A stretch of DNA of 64,000 bases from Bacteroidota bacterium (GTDB lineage: Bacteria > Bacteroidota > Bacteroidia > Palsa-965), in assembly GCA_006218065.1 (NCBI GenBank), contig VBWE01000002.1:85973-149972 (forward strand). The letters run 5' to 3'. The position numbers and the translations under genes were made by a program. Positions 37,040 through 47,400 of the stretch are shown piece after piece (position 1 is the stretch's first letter; each line of letters begins with the position of its first letter). The notes beneath the pieces were generated by a model that worked only from the letters and a program-made list of their open reading frames with translations, searched no databases and had not been told where the DNA came from.

Positions 37040-38143
37040 TTATTTTTGTTCCGGTACGAAGAGCTGCCTGAGCTGATCGGAAAGCTGGCTGTTTCCGGAT
37101 ACGGAGATGGTGTTGATTTTCTCCGCGATCTTTTCCACGAATTCCATTTCCTTCAACCTGAACAGCATCTGGTTTTCTTCCATCAGCTTTGCGGTGTTCA
37201 GCAGGCTGCGCGTCGAAGCGGTTTCTTCACGTCTCATGATGGTGTTGGCCTGCGCTTTCTTTTCGGCCACCAGCACGCGGTTCATGATTTCTTTCACTTC
37301 ACCGGGAAGAATAATATCCCGGATACCGCAGTTCAGGATTACCGTACCAAGCGCCTCTGCCTCGGCTGTGATCGTGCTGCGGACAGCATCGGCCACACCG
37401 TCTTTCCGGTCGAGCAGTTCATCGAGCGTAAGTTTGCCGACGAATTCCCTCAGCTTCAGCTGGAGCAGGACGTAAAGCTGCTTTTCGAAATCTTTGTTTT
37501 CGGTGAGCGCTTTTTCCACGTCCTTCACCCGGTACTGGGCGAACATACTCAGTCGCAGGCTGGCTTTGTCGCGGGTCAGCAATTCCTGGCCGGCGATTTC
37601 AAGCTGCACCTGCCGCATATCCGCTTTCAGCACGGCAACCATCGTGTCGTTCTTCCAGAAAAAATAGTTGCCCGGTTCGAGCGTTTGTTCGAGCTTACCG
37701 TTTACCAGGAGCAGACCTTTTTCCCAGGATTCGACCGTGTACACACGGATGAACTGGACCAGTTCCCTGCGCTGGAGCAGGGCAGGACCGAACTCCGCAG
37801 GAATACGGATTTCGTTCGTATCGGCAGTTACGAAATTTCTGTTTACTACGCCTTTCCAGAAAACGTATTTGCCTACCGTGAGAATCGATTTCACGATACC
37901 GTCTTCAAAACGGACGGCGATCTCGTTGTCTTTCACGATCACGACTTCCAGGGCTTCGGCCAGCCCGGCGTTTTTCAGCAAAAGGTTCAGGTCATGCCGC
38001 GACGTAAAGGGCTGCGTCATGTCATATACTTCCACGCGGTCGAACGGGGAGAGGAAGTACAAACCTTCGCGGAGTACTTTTTTCAGCGCGCCGTTCCGGA
38101 ATACCAGTCCGGCTTTGTACGCATTGATTCTTACGATAGTCAT
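37040..38143 (-). CDS. cytoplasmic SPFH/band-7 (slipin/flotillin-like) domain protein with repeated N-terminal beta-motifs
   Basis: C-terminal half has SPFH features (SLRLSMFAQYRV...TAEAEALGTVILNCGIRDIILPGEV...AEKKAQANTIMRRE). No N-terminal TM. The N-terminal 150 aa carries three G(K/N)Y(V/F)FWK-like repeats. Confidence 0.6.
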   Translation of the reverse strand: MTIVRINAYKAGLVFRNGALKKVLREGLYFLSPFDRVEVYDMTQPFTSRHDLNLLLKNAGLAEALEVVIVKDNEIAVRFEDGIVKSILTVGKYVFWKGVVNRNFVTADTNEIRIPAEFGPALLQRRELVQFIRVYTVESWEKGLLLVNGKLEQTLEPGNYFFWKNDTMVAVLKADMRQVQLEIAGQELLTRDKASLRLSMFAQYRVKDVEKALTENKDFEKQLYVLLQLKLREFVGKLTLDELLDRKDGVADAVRSTITAEAEALGTVILNCGIRDIILPGEVKEIMNRVLVAEKKAQANTIMRREETASTRSLLNTAKLMEENQMLFRLKEMEFVEKIAEKINTISVSGNSQLSDQLRQLFVPEQK

Positions 38144-38419
38144 ATTACTCGGTATTAAAAATTACAGTTCAAAAATCCCGGGTGCAGTTCGGAGTAGCCC
38201 ATCCATTGCAGGGGGGAATCGGCTTGAGCGGAGATTTGCCGTTTTGTTTCGATGAATCGGTTTTATCACTCATCCAAAGAAAACAACGCATGCTTCGCGG
38301 TATCTGCTTTTTCACTGACCCTGGTCCGGATTGTCCTGCCCGCCGGAGCGGACACGACCGGGTTACTCCTCCCCGGCAACCGGTTCTGCCATTTTTATAG
38401 AAGAGGCAGGCTTCTTACC

Positions 38420-38490
38420 CTGGATTAACAGTCCAGTGCTCTAACCAACTGAGCTATCCGAAAGATGGTCGGAACGGGATTCGAACCCGT
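38420..38490 (-). ncRNA. circularly permuted tRNA-Asn-like element (T-arm, acceptor-like hairpin, D-arm, GUU anticodon arm); candidate Y-RNA/YrlA-like tRNA mimic upstream of the SPFH-rtcB genes
   Basis: Minus strand reads ACGGG-TTCGAAT-CCCGT (canonical T-arm), TCCGA-CCATCTT-TCGGA (5-bp acceptor-like stem closed by a loop beginning CCA), TA, GCTC-AGTTGGTTA-GAGC (canonical D-arm), A, CTGGA-CTGTTAA-TCCAG (anticodon arm, GUU). All loops are canonical only on the minus strand. The 5'-to-3' order is T-arm before D-arm, which is a circular permutation of a tRNA. No 7-bp acceptor pairing is possible, so it is not a tRNA gene. Confidence 0.55.
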
Positions 38491-38623
38491 GACACTTGGT
38501 GCAGATACAGGTTATACAGACAGCATATTGCCATCGAAAACATCGGGCAACACTGCGGGGCCGTCAAAGACCCGCGCCGGGTTCATGCATAGCTGTGATC
38601 AGCGGTGCAAAGGTTTCCGGAAA

Positions 38624-38748
38624 CTGCGCAAGCTACCTGCGCAGCAAATGTTTTTCCGGAAAAACAATTTAAAATGCTGGTAATGAAGCGGAAAAAATGC
38701 ACCTGGTTCCGGGCAGCAGGATTAATTACGCAAGTACATTGCGCAGTT
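38624..38748. promoter_or_regulatory. two copies of a 23-bp unit (CTGCGCAAGCTACCTGCGCAGCA at 38624-38646, TTACGCAAGTACATTGCGCAGTT at 38726-38748), each an inverted repeat of GCGCAAG/TGCGCAG; candidate operator of the divergent WYL regulator
   Basis: Units are 16/23 identical and internally palindromic (TGCGCA...TGCGCA). Located in the 645-bp divergent intergenic region between the ncRNA/SPFH/rtcB side and the WYL gene. TTCCGGAA palindromes also occur at 38615 and 38654. Confidence 0.4.
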
Positions 38749-38787
38749 GTCGTGATAGACTATCTTTAAAACAGCAAAAACAAAAGT

Positions 38788-39804
38788 ATGTCCATCAATA
38801 AACTCGCCCTGATCCGTTATAAAACGATCGACAACTGCCTGCAGAACCGTTTCCGGAAATGGACGCTGGAAGACCTGATCGAAGCCTGTTCGGAAGCGGT
38901 GTACGAATACGAAGGCATTACATCCGGCGTGAGCCGGCGGACCGTGCAGCTCGATATCCAGAACATGCGCAGCGAAAAACTGGGTTATAATGCACCGATC
39001 ATCGTAACGGATAAAAAATATTACAGCTACGAAGAAAAGAACTACAGCATCACGAATACGCCGCTCACGCAGCAGGATCTCGGAACGCTGAATGAGGTGC
39101 TCGGTGTGCTGAAGCAGTTCAAGGGTTTCGGTTATTTCCAGGAACTGACGGGCATGGTTACACGGCTGGAAGATAAACTGTACAAGCAGCAGCACAAAGG
39201 CCGTTCGTACATCGACTTCGAGAAAAACGAATTACTGAAAGGACTCAGCTACATCGATCCGCTGCACAAAGCGATTCTCGCGAAAAAAACGATCGAGTTG
39301 GTTTATAAATCCTTCAAAGCGAAAGACGCCAGCACGATCGTTTTTTATCCATACCTGCTTAAAGAATACCGCAACCGCTGGTTCATACTGGGCTCCAACG
39401 TGAAAGGCCGCCGCGCGCTGATCCTCGCACTCGACCGTATCGAACAGATGCGCGAACTGGAATCGGTGAAGTATGTTAAATGCGCGTTTGATGTAAGCAC
39501 GTACTTTGATGATACGATCGGGGTTTCCAAAGTCCCCAACCAGAAAGCGCAGCTCATCGTGATGCAGATCAACAACGAACATGCGCCGTATGTGATCACC
39601 AAGCCGATGCACCACAGCCAGCAGGTTTTAAAACAGGACGCCGCAGGCATGATCTTCTCCATCGAAGTGATCTGGAATTTCGAACTGGAGCGCGAAATTC
39701 TCGGTATGGGCGAAAACCTGAAAGTCCTCAGTCCGCGCAGGCTCGCCGGGAAAATCCAGTCGAGGATGAAACGGGCTGCAGAGCATTACCGGGATAAAAG
39801 ATAA
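38788..39804 (+). CDS. WYL-domain transcriptional regulator (N-terminal HTH, central WYL, C-terminal WCX-like extension)
   Basis: HTH region at the N-terminus. WYL signature IVFYPYLLKEYRNRWFILG. About 100-aa C-terminal extension. 338 aa. Confidence 0.75.
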   Translation: MSINKLALIRYKTIDNCLQNRFRKWTLEDLIEACSEAVYEYEGITSGVSRRTVQLDIQNMRSEKLGYNAPIIVTDKKYYSYEEKNYSITNTPLTQQDLGTLNEVLGVLKQFKGFGYFQELTGMVTRLEDKLYKQQHKGRSYIDFEKNELLKGLSYIDPLHKAILAKKTIELVYKSFKAKDASTIVFYPYLLKEYRNRWFILGSNVKGRRALILALDRIEQMRELESVKYVKCAFDVSTYFDDTIGVSKVPNQKAQLIVMQINNEHAPYVITKPMHHSQQVLKQDAAGMIFSIEVIWNFELEREILGMGENLKVLSPRRLAGKIQSRMKRAAEHYRDKR

Positions 39805-39946
39805 AAAACAGTATTCGTAGAAACTGTTTAACCCTGATAGCTATCGGGATCCTGCGGAATGAAGCGTGCTCCCAACTCCGAACTGGTAAAACAGACGTAT
39901 TGGATCGTTTACCTGTATTTCCACGAGCATAATTTTAAACAACTTC

Positions 39947-41008
39947 TTACTTCCCGTCGTTCTTGATGAAGTTTCTCAGGTCATCTTTCTCGCTGCTGAA
40001 TGTCAGCTCGTCCACCAGTTTATAGTAGTTGTTTTTGTCGGTGCATTTGGCGTAAAGCGATTTGAACGTGGAGAGCTTTTCGGTACCGAACGGAAATTCT
40101 TTCGAGATCGTGCGGATCTGCGCCACGCTGAAGCAGCGGTCTTTGGCGAGCAGTTTCACGATGCCCATTTTATCGTCGGCAAAATGTTTCGCCTGGATGT
40201 CTTTCAGGATGCCGTTGAAATCAGGATCAGTAACCAGGCAGACCGGCGGCGGCGGCGTGAGATACGCTTTGGCATAGTTGATCCATTCATTCTGCGAAGC
40301 CGTCGTCGAAAACAAAACGATACCGCTTTGGTAGTTTTCCTGGTCGTACACGCGGGCGAAAGTGTTCATCAGCACCCGCAGCTTCAGCGATTCCGACTGC
40401 ATCAGCGAGGTGAGTTTCATGATATGCGCAAAAGCCAGGCAGTGCTGATCCGCCGCGGTTTGTATGGCTACGTATTTCGATTCATCCGTAGGCTGGATAA
40501 AAACATTTTGTGCGATGGTTTTGAAAGACTCTTCCGAAACCACCGGGCCGGTGCAGCCTGTTTTCCCTTTATAAGGACTGAAGCCCGGGTAAGCATAATT
40601 GGGAAACACGGGAGTCTGTACGATTGAAACCGGCGTGACTACTGCGACCGTTTTTTTGTTTACATAATCATACAAACGGAAAGCCCATGAAAACGTTCCG
40701 AAGGCATCGTACACATCGAAAAAATTTGCCGGGTCGGTGGTATGCGCATAGGCTGTTTTGCAGAAATCAAGGCGATACGAATCTTCTGTGAAAAGCATGG
40801 CGAGATTTTTCACCTGGGCCGATGTAAAACAATTGCTGCTTGCGAACGGAAGCGCTTTATTCAGTTTTTGCTGGTTGCTCTGCTGTATCGCGATCTGGTT
40901 GAACCCGCTCTGGAACAAAGCGTCCGAAATCGGGTTGGTGCAATTTTGCGAATACCCGAAACGGGCGAAGAGCAGGCAGAATAAAATGACGGGAGTAAAG
41001 TTTTTCAT
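39947..41008 (-). CDS. hypothetical secreted protein (possibly a DUF4476-type domain)
   Basis: Signal peptide MKNFTPVILFCLLFARFGYSQ. No catalytic motifs recognised. Confidence 0.45.
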   Translation of the reverse strand: MKNFTPVILFCLLFARFGYSQNCTNPISDALFQSGFNQIAIQQSNQQKLNKALPFASSNCFTSAQVKNLAMLFTEDSYRLDFCKTAYAHTTDPANFFDVYDAFGTFSWAFRLYDYVNKKTVAVVTPVSIVQTPVFPNYAYPGFSPYKGKTGCTGPVVSEESFKTIAQNVFIQPTDESKYVAIQTAADQHCLAFAHIMKLTSLMQSESLKLRVLMNTFARVYDQENYQSGIVLFSTTASQNEWINYAKAYLTPPPPVCLVTDPDFNGILKDIQAKHFADDKMGIVKLLAKDRCFSVAQIRTISKEFPFGTEKLSTFKSLYAKCTDKNNYYKLVDELTFSSEKDDLRNFIKNDGK

Positions 41009-41165
41009 GATCTTTTTTCTGGGTATAGACAATTACTGTACCAAAGAACGGATAATATTTGTTTTCGGCAAACGGGAACATCCCGTTTTTACCACTTCCG
41101 GAATCAGGCAAATGGATTTATCTTGCATCGGGATTCGTAAAAAACAATTTCATAAATCAAGCACC

Positions 41166-41795
41166 ATGCCGAAAACAAACTGGCCCTCCGCAGTCAAGCC
41201 CCTGTTGAAAAAATACAAAGGGAAACCGCACCCGCTGGAATACAAAAACATATACCAGCTCGTCGTGATGGTAGTTTTGTCGGCCCAGGATTCGGATAAA
41301 AACATCAACAAGCTCGCTCCCGACCTGTTCAAGGCGTTCCCGAATATGAAAGCGCTGGCCCGGGCGGATGAAGAGGCGCTTTTCCCGTTCATCCGTAAAG
41401 TGCGGAACTTCGGCAATAAAACGAAATGGCTGCTGCAGATTGCGCAAACGGTTAAAGACGACAAAAAAATTCCGCTTACGATGGAAGAGCTGACCGCCCT
41501 GCCGGGTATCGGCCGCAAATCGGCCAACGTAATTATGCGCGGAGCCGGAGTAAAAGCGGAAGGCGTGATCGTCGATCTCCACGTGGTTCGCGTCGCTCCG
41601 CGTATCGGGATCGCGGCGGGAACCGATCCGAAAAAAATCGAAAAACAGATCATGGAAACGATCCCGGGAAAAGACTGGGGTGAAATCGGTATGGCTATTT
41701 CATTCCTCGGGCGCGAAACGTGCAGGCCCACAAATCCCGATCATGCGAAATGCGTGGTGCGGGAATCCTGCGCATTTTTTAAAACCGGGAAATAA
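41166..41795 (+). CDS. nth: endonuclease III-family HhH-GPD DNA glycosylase
   Basis: Start trimmed to MPKTNWPSAV (ORF 40758.. has a spurious 136-aa extension that overlaps the upstream gene). HhH LTALPGIGRKSANVIM with a catalytic Lys. C-terminal Cys-rich cluster region. Confidence 0.8.
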   Translation: MPKTNWPSAVKPLLKKYKGKPHPLEYKNIYQLVVMVVLSAQDSDKNINKLAPDLFKAFPNMKALARADEEALFPFIRKVRNFGNKTKWLLQIAQTVKDDKKIPLTMEELTALPGIGRKSANVIMRGAGVKAEGVIVDLHVVRVAPRIGIAAGTDPKKIEKQIMETIPGKDWGEIGMAISFLGRETCRPTNPDHAKCVVRESCAFFKTGK

Positions 41796-41861
41796 CCGGC
41801 GTTCCGTTTTTTTATTAATTTCAGAAATTATTTATCCGTCTTACCCTAAAACAAAATTATT

Positions 41862-42866
41862 ATGCTCATCTGGAGAGGTTCCGGGATTGCTATTCCCATC
41901 GTTATTTTCATCAACTTCCTGATCGTCGGTCTTTGGTATGAAGATCATACGCTCGGCAATTACGCAGAGAACGGCTGGGTTTGTTTTTATTCGGCCATTA
42001 TTACGCTGCTGCACGGACTTCTCGTGCTGCCGAATAAAAAAGATCCGCAGGAAGGCGGGGAAGAACCGCCTGCGTCGCTCAACGATCACTCGTTCTTTTA
42101 TATCCCGGTAATTTTCTGGGCACTTATTCTCGGCGCGCTGAGTGCATACTTCCTGTTTTCAGGTGGCGGCAAACAGGCAAGACCCAAGGCCGGAACCCCG
42201 GTTAAGGAAACGCCGGCAGTGCAGATGAGAACGGTGCACATCCTGAATCCTACCAAAGATTCTTTGCTCGTCGCGATTTCTTCGGCCGCCGGGTATTATA
42301 AAGAAGAGATCATCAAACCGCTTACGTATATCGAGCGGGATCTCGCCGTCGGATCGTACTCATTCGGCGGATTCAATATGCAGGATACGTTCCTGTACAA
42401 ACTTCCGTCGGCCGCCCTGCACAGCGATACCAAGCGCTGCGTGAAAGTGAAAAACAAAAAGGGACAGGAATATTACGAACGGATTCTGCGCGCGCCCACG
42501 CCTTCGAAAAATGATTACGATGATGCCTGGGTGATTGTGGATACGGAACGCAAACTGATTGTGCTGGATGTTACCGCCGTGTGCATAAAAGGAATCACGA
42601 AAGCCCGCGTGGAAGGTGTGGACTGGACGAAAAAGATCGAACAGCAATTCAACGGAAGCGACCTTGCGGAACCTTTGTACGGCAAAGATCCCGGTAAAGG
42701 ATCGTTTACGGTATTGAATATCGGCAAGGATATTCCCGAAAGCATCGGCAACAACGAGCGTGTGTTTATTCTTTTCTCCGCTCCGCCCGACAGGGAACTG
42801 ACCAACGAATACCTGGCGAACAAGGTGGCCAAGCTTTGCCCGGCTATTCCAAAGGAAAAGGAATAA
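41862..42866 (+). CDS. hypothetical membrane protein (2-3 N-terminal TM plus soluble domain)
   Basis: 334-aa ORF. N-terminal hydrophobic helices. No recognisable domain. Confidence 0.45.
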   Translation: MLIWRGSGIAIPIVIFINFLIVGLWYEDHTLGNYAENGWVCFYSAIITLLHGLLVLPNKKDPQEGGEEPPASLNDHSFFYIPVIFWALILGALSAYFLFSGGGKQARPKAGTPVKETPAVQMRTVHILNPTKDSLLVAISSAAGYYKEEIIKPLTYIERDLAVGSYSFGGFNMQDTFLYKLPSAALHSDTKRCVKVKNKKGQEYYERILRAPTPSKNDYDDAWVIVDTERKLIVLDVTAVCIKGITKARVEGVDWTKKIEQQFNGSDLAEPLYGKDPGKGSFTVLNIGKDIPESIGNNERVFILFSAPPDRELTNEYLANKVAKLCPAIPKEKE

Positions 42867-42904
42867 GAAAGCGACTTTCGCTTTTTATCCGCAAGTGTTT
42901 GCGG

Positions 42905-43315
42905 TTAAACGGAAAAATGCCGGTGCATGATTTCCTCCACGATCTCGCCGGTGAGCGGTTTGTTGAGGAAACCGGCGACTTCTTTTATGCCGCTCGCTCT
43001 TTTTTTATCATCCGGGTTTGCGGAGGTGGTTAAAATATAAACCAGCGGATCGTGCTCGCGCGATTTTTTTGATTCGTGAAATTTCTTCAAAAAATCCCAG
43101 CCGCTCATCCCCGGCATATTGAGATCGAGGAAAACAAGATCGGGGTTTTCACAGCCCTCGATTTTAGGGCAATCTAATAATTGAAGGGCCTCTTTTACGG
43201 TTTCGGCAATCTCGATATTTTTCGAAACGGCATGATCTTCCAGGATGATCCTATGCAAAAAATTGGTCGGTTCATCGTCATCAATCAGCAGGATGCAGTC
43301 CAGCTTTTTTGTCAT
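42905..43315 (-). CDS. single-domain response regulator (CheY-like receiver)
   Basis: Start trimmed to MTKKLDCILLIDDDE. DD...D...K receiver residues. Last gene of the cheR-cheB-kinase operon. Confidence 0.75.
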   Translation of the reverse strand: MTKKLDCILLIDDDEPTNFLHRIILEDHAVSKNIEIAETVKEALQLLDCPKIEGCENPDLVFLDLNMPGMSGWDFLKKFHESKKSREHDPLVYILTTSANPDDKKRASGIKEVAGFLNKPLTGEIVEEIMHRHFSV

Positions 43316-43320
43316 AAGTT

Positions 43321-44490
43321 TTATTTTTTGCGTATTGTTATATAAAACGTACTCCCGGCGCCCGGGTTCGATTCCACCCAAAGATGACCTTCGTGCAGTT
43401 CGGCGATTTTTTTGCAGTGCGCAAGACCGATCCCGTTCCCTTCAAATTCTTTCCGGGTGTGCAGCCTCTGAAAGATGATAAAAATTTTCTCATAAAACTC
43501 AGGTTCAATCCCGATCCCGTTGTCTTTTACGGAAAATTTCCAGTGACGGTTTTCTTCCGTCGCAGCAATTTCGATTTCAGGGGCGGTTTCTTTTTTTCTG
43601 AATTTCAGGGCATTGGTGATGAGATTCTGGAACAGTTGTTTCAGTTCGGTGGGATAAACAGAGAATGCGGGTAAGGGGCGGACGGTGATCCGCGCTTTAT
43701 TTTCCTTTATAACAGTATCCAGGTCAACGAGCAGATCGGCTACCAACTGGTTGCAGTCGGTCATCTCCCGGTGTTTTTCTTTCCCGATCCTCGAATATTC
43801 CAGTAATCCCGTAATAAGCGTGCGCATGCGGTCGGTGGATTTGCTGATATGGTCGAGGTAAAGCAAAGACCTTCCTTCGAGCGTATCCCCGATTTCTTTG
43901 CTAAGCAAAGCGACATAACTGGATGTTGTCCGGAGCGGTTCCTGCAGGTCATGCGAAGCGATATACGCGAATTGCTCCAATTCTTCATTTTTTCTTTTTA
44001 CCACATCGAGGATGTTTTCCAGCTCGCGGTTCGCATCTTCCAGTTCGCGGGTACGTGTCTGAACGCGCTGTTCCAGGTCTTTATTCAGGTCGTAGAGCGC
44101 AATTTCCTGCTGGTGTTTTTCGATGAAGAACTTCACCTTATTGATCAGTATTTCGGGCTGAAACGGCTTGGTAATAAAACTGAAGGCCCCGGATTCATAT
44201 CCTTTAAAAACATTCAGGTTGTCCGTGTAAACGGCGGAGATGAATATAAAAGGCAGGCGCGCTGTTTTTTCTTCTTCCCGCAGGATGCTGGCCAGTTCAT
44301 AACCGTCCATCTCGGGCATTTGTATATCCAGCAGGGCCAAAGCAAAATCGTGGCGCAGGGTGGCTTTCAGCGCGTCGTTGCCGTTCGTGGCTTCCACCAG
44401 TTCCAGGTCGAGGTTTTTCAGCACGGTACGCAGCGCCACCAGGTTCTCTACCTTGTCGTCGACGATTAATATTTTAGGTTTCGTATTCAT
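43321..44490 (-). CDS. hybrid response regulator-histidine kinase (REC, HisKA, HATPase)
   Basis: N-terminal REC (KILIVDDKVENL...LLDIQMPEMDG). H-box IASHDLQEPLR. G1/G2 ATPase boxes. Confidence 0.8.
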   Translation of the reverse strand: MNTKPKILIVDDKVENLVALRTVLKNLDLELVEATNGNDALKATLRHDFALALLDIQMPEMDGYELASILREEEKTARLPFIFISAVYTDNLNVFKGYESGAFSFITKPFQPEILINKVKFFIEKHQQEIALYDLNKDLEQRVQTRTRELEDANRELENILDVVKRKNEELEQFAYIASHDLQEPLRTTSSYVALLSKEIGDTLEGRSLLYLDHISKSTDRMRTLITGLLEYSRIGKEKHREMTDCNQLVADLLVDLDTVIKENKARITVRPLPAFSVYPTELKQLFQNLITNALKFRKKETAPEIEIAATEENRHWKFSVKDNGIGIEPEFYEKIFIIFQRLHTRKEFEGNGIGLAHCKKIAELHEGHLWVESNPGAGSTFYITIRKK

Positions 44491-44499
44491 ACGCCTGTC

Positions 44500-47400
44500 T
44501 TACATATTTTTACTTAACCACACCCGCATCAGCGACAGCAGGCGTTCGATATCGACCGGTTTTGTAATGTAATCATTGGCCCCGGCGTCGATGCACTTTT
44601 GTTTATCGTCTTTCATGGCTTTCGCCGTAAGGGCGATCACGGGGAGATTTTTAAATTTTTCCTGGAGCCGTATGCGCCGCATCGCTTCGTAACCGTCCAT
44701 TTCCGGCATCATGATGTCCATCAGCACCAGGTCGATATCATGATGCTGCTCCAGCATCTCCAGCGCGTTTCTCCCGTTTTCCGCCTTTATTATTTCCATG
44801 CCGCGTTCTTTCAGCACTTTGGATAGTGCGAATACATTGCGCATATCGTCATCCACCAACAGAATTTTTTTCGCCCTCAGGATGGTTTCCTTGTCGTACA
44901 AACCGGTAATGATCTGCCGTTTCTGTTCCGGCATGTTGCTGATGGTCCGGTGCAGGAAAAGAGCCGTTTCGTCCAGCAGGCGTTCTTCCGAGCGCACTCC
45001 TTTTATAATGATACTTTCCGCATATTTCTGCAGCTCCTCGTTTTCCTCCTTCGTGAGCTCTTTGCCGGTGTAAATGATAATAGGCGGAATATGCCGTCCT
45101 TCCAGTTTTTCCAGTTTGTAAATCAGTTCAAAGCCATTCATGTCCGGCAGCCCGATATCCAGCACGATACAGTCGATGTGATTTTCTTTGTAAATGGACA
45201 GCGCCTCTTTTCCGCTTTCCGCTTCGAAGCATTGCACATCGCCGTTGCCGATCAGTTTTCGTATGGCCTTCCTGGAATTCTGATCATCTTCCACGATCAG
45301 CAGGTTTTTCATTTGCCGGTTCACGAAATTTTCGATCCGGTCGAATGCATCGTCCATGTCCTTTTTGTTCACCGGTTTCATGAGGTATTCCACGGCTCCT
45401 TCTTTTATCGTGTCGAGCGAACGCTCATTTACGGATATGATATGAACAGGTATATGCCGCAAAGCAGGATTGCTTTTTAATTCGGCCAGCACTTTTTGCC
45501 CGCTCATACCGGGTAAATCCAGGTCGAGGATAATGGCCTGCGGCTTGTATTTTTCGACAAGCACCAGCCCGTCCTCTCCCGTGGCCGCCGCAAGACAGCG
45601 GAATCCTTTACTGTTCGCCTGCTTCAGCAATATGCCGGCAAATTTCAGATCGTCTTCAATGATCAGGACGACTTTATCGTCTTTCGAGATGGATGCGCGG
45701 TCGTCCGCTATGGTCGGGTAATTCAAAAAGCTGCTGTTCTTTTCGGCATGCTTAGCAAACAGGTTTTGTTCCGGCTTGTTCACGGCCGCCGTTCTGCCGG
45801 GATCGCGTTCGGCCTGTATTTCCACCGGGATGATCAGTGAAAACGAGGATCCTGCGTGCAGTTTGCTGGCCAGTTTGATCTCGCCGCCCAGCAGTTTTGC
45901 CAGTTCGCGCGAAATGGAAAGACCCAAGCCCGTGCCGCCGTATTTCCGCGAAGTTCCCCCGTCGGCCTGCTGGAAAGCTTCGAATATCGCCATCTGCTTT
46001 TCCTCTTCTATGCCGATGCCCGTATCCGTAACGGAAATGATCAGCGTATTTTCGGTATGCCTGCCGGCATGGATTTCCACGCTGCCTTTCTCCGTGAACT
46101 TGATGGCATTCGACAGCAGGTTTTTCAGGATCTGGCTCAGGCGCTGCGAGTCGGTGCGGATAAACTCGGGCAAATCGCCGTCGAATTTTGAACCGAGCAC
46201 CAGTCCTTTCTGATCGGCATGGAATTTAAAATCACGGAGCAGTTCGCCGACAAAATCCCGGACGGAAATCCGCTCCACGCTTATTTCCATCTTCCCTGCT
46301 TCAATCTTGGAAAGGTCGAGCACTTCGTTGATCAGTGTAAGCAGGTCGCGGCCGCTTTTATAAATAATCTCGGCGCTTTCGACCTGCTCTTTATCCAGGT
46401 TTTTGCTTTTATTGTCCGACAGGTCTTTGGAGAGGATGAGCAAACTGTTGAGCGGCGTTCGTAATTCGTGCGACATGTTTGCCAGGAATTCCGACTTGTA
46501 CCGGCTGCTTATTTCCAGTTGTTTCGTTTTTTGTTCGATATCGGATTTGGCGGCCTGCACTTCTTTGTTTTTTATTTCCAGCGACTGCGTCTGCTCTTCC
46601 AGCTCTTCGTTGGTCATTTGCAGTTCTTCCTGCTGCTGTTTCAGGTTTTGCGCCTGTTCTTCCAGCTCCTCATTCATCTGTTTCAGTTCTTCCTGCTGCG
46701 ACTGGAGTTCTTCACCCTGTACTTGTGTTTCTTCCAGCAGTTCCTGTATCCGTTTCCGGGCTATGGCTGAATTGACGCTTATAGCGATACTTTCTACGGA
46801 AGCGTTGACGAATTCTTTTTCTGTTTCGGTGAAGTGTTCCAGCTTGCCGATTTCGATCACGCCCAGGACCTTGCCTTCAAATGAAAAGGGTGTGATCAGG
46901 AGATTCCTGGGTTTGGCATGCAGCACGGAAGAGGTGATGCGCAATTGTTCTTCGGCTACATCCTTCAGCAATATCTGCCTCGATTCGTGCGCGGCCTGGC
47001 CGATCAGGCCTTCGTTCCAGGTGAATTTTTCTTTCGTGTCCCCGGGAGATGCAAAAGCATACCGACCGCTGAGCACGAATGTGTTTTCTTTGTCGCTGAA
47101 CAGGTAAACCGCGCCGATGTCTCCATCCAGGTAGCCGGCTAAAAAAGTGATCGTATTCGCAGCCAGTTCTTCGATACCCTGGTCGCCGGCCAGTTTTTCG
47201 TTGAGCTGGTTTTTCCCCGTGGAAAGCCAGTTATGTCTTTCATTGGCGGCCGTGCTTTCGCGCAACGATTCCGTCATTTTCTTCAATGCATTTCCTAAAG
47301 TGTCTTTATCCGATCTTGGCGTAAAATCCGTTGCATAATTCCCGGAAGCAACACTATTTGCATTTGCCGTTACTTCCCGGAAGCTGTCATTAACACTGAT

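Noticed and set aside
37046-38158. 370-aa plus-strand ORF
   Set aside because: Antisense to the SPFH gene, which has clear band-7 motifs and a downstream terminator on the minus strand.
38390-38500. Possible ordinary tRNA-Asn gene (strong GGTTCGAATCC, GCTCAGTTGGTTAGAGC and CTGTTAA hits)
   Set aside because: Arm order on either strand does not fit a tRNA (T-arm lies 5' of D-arm on the only strand where loops are canonical). The best acceptor pairing is 5 bp closed by a loop. It is also not an att junction, which would restore normal order. Reported instead as a permuted tRNA-like ncRNA.
40758-41165. 136-aa N-terminal extension of the endonuclease III ORF
   Set aside because: It overlaps the upstream minus-strand gene and has no similarity to Nth N-termini. 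MPKTNWPS at 41166 is the natural start.
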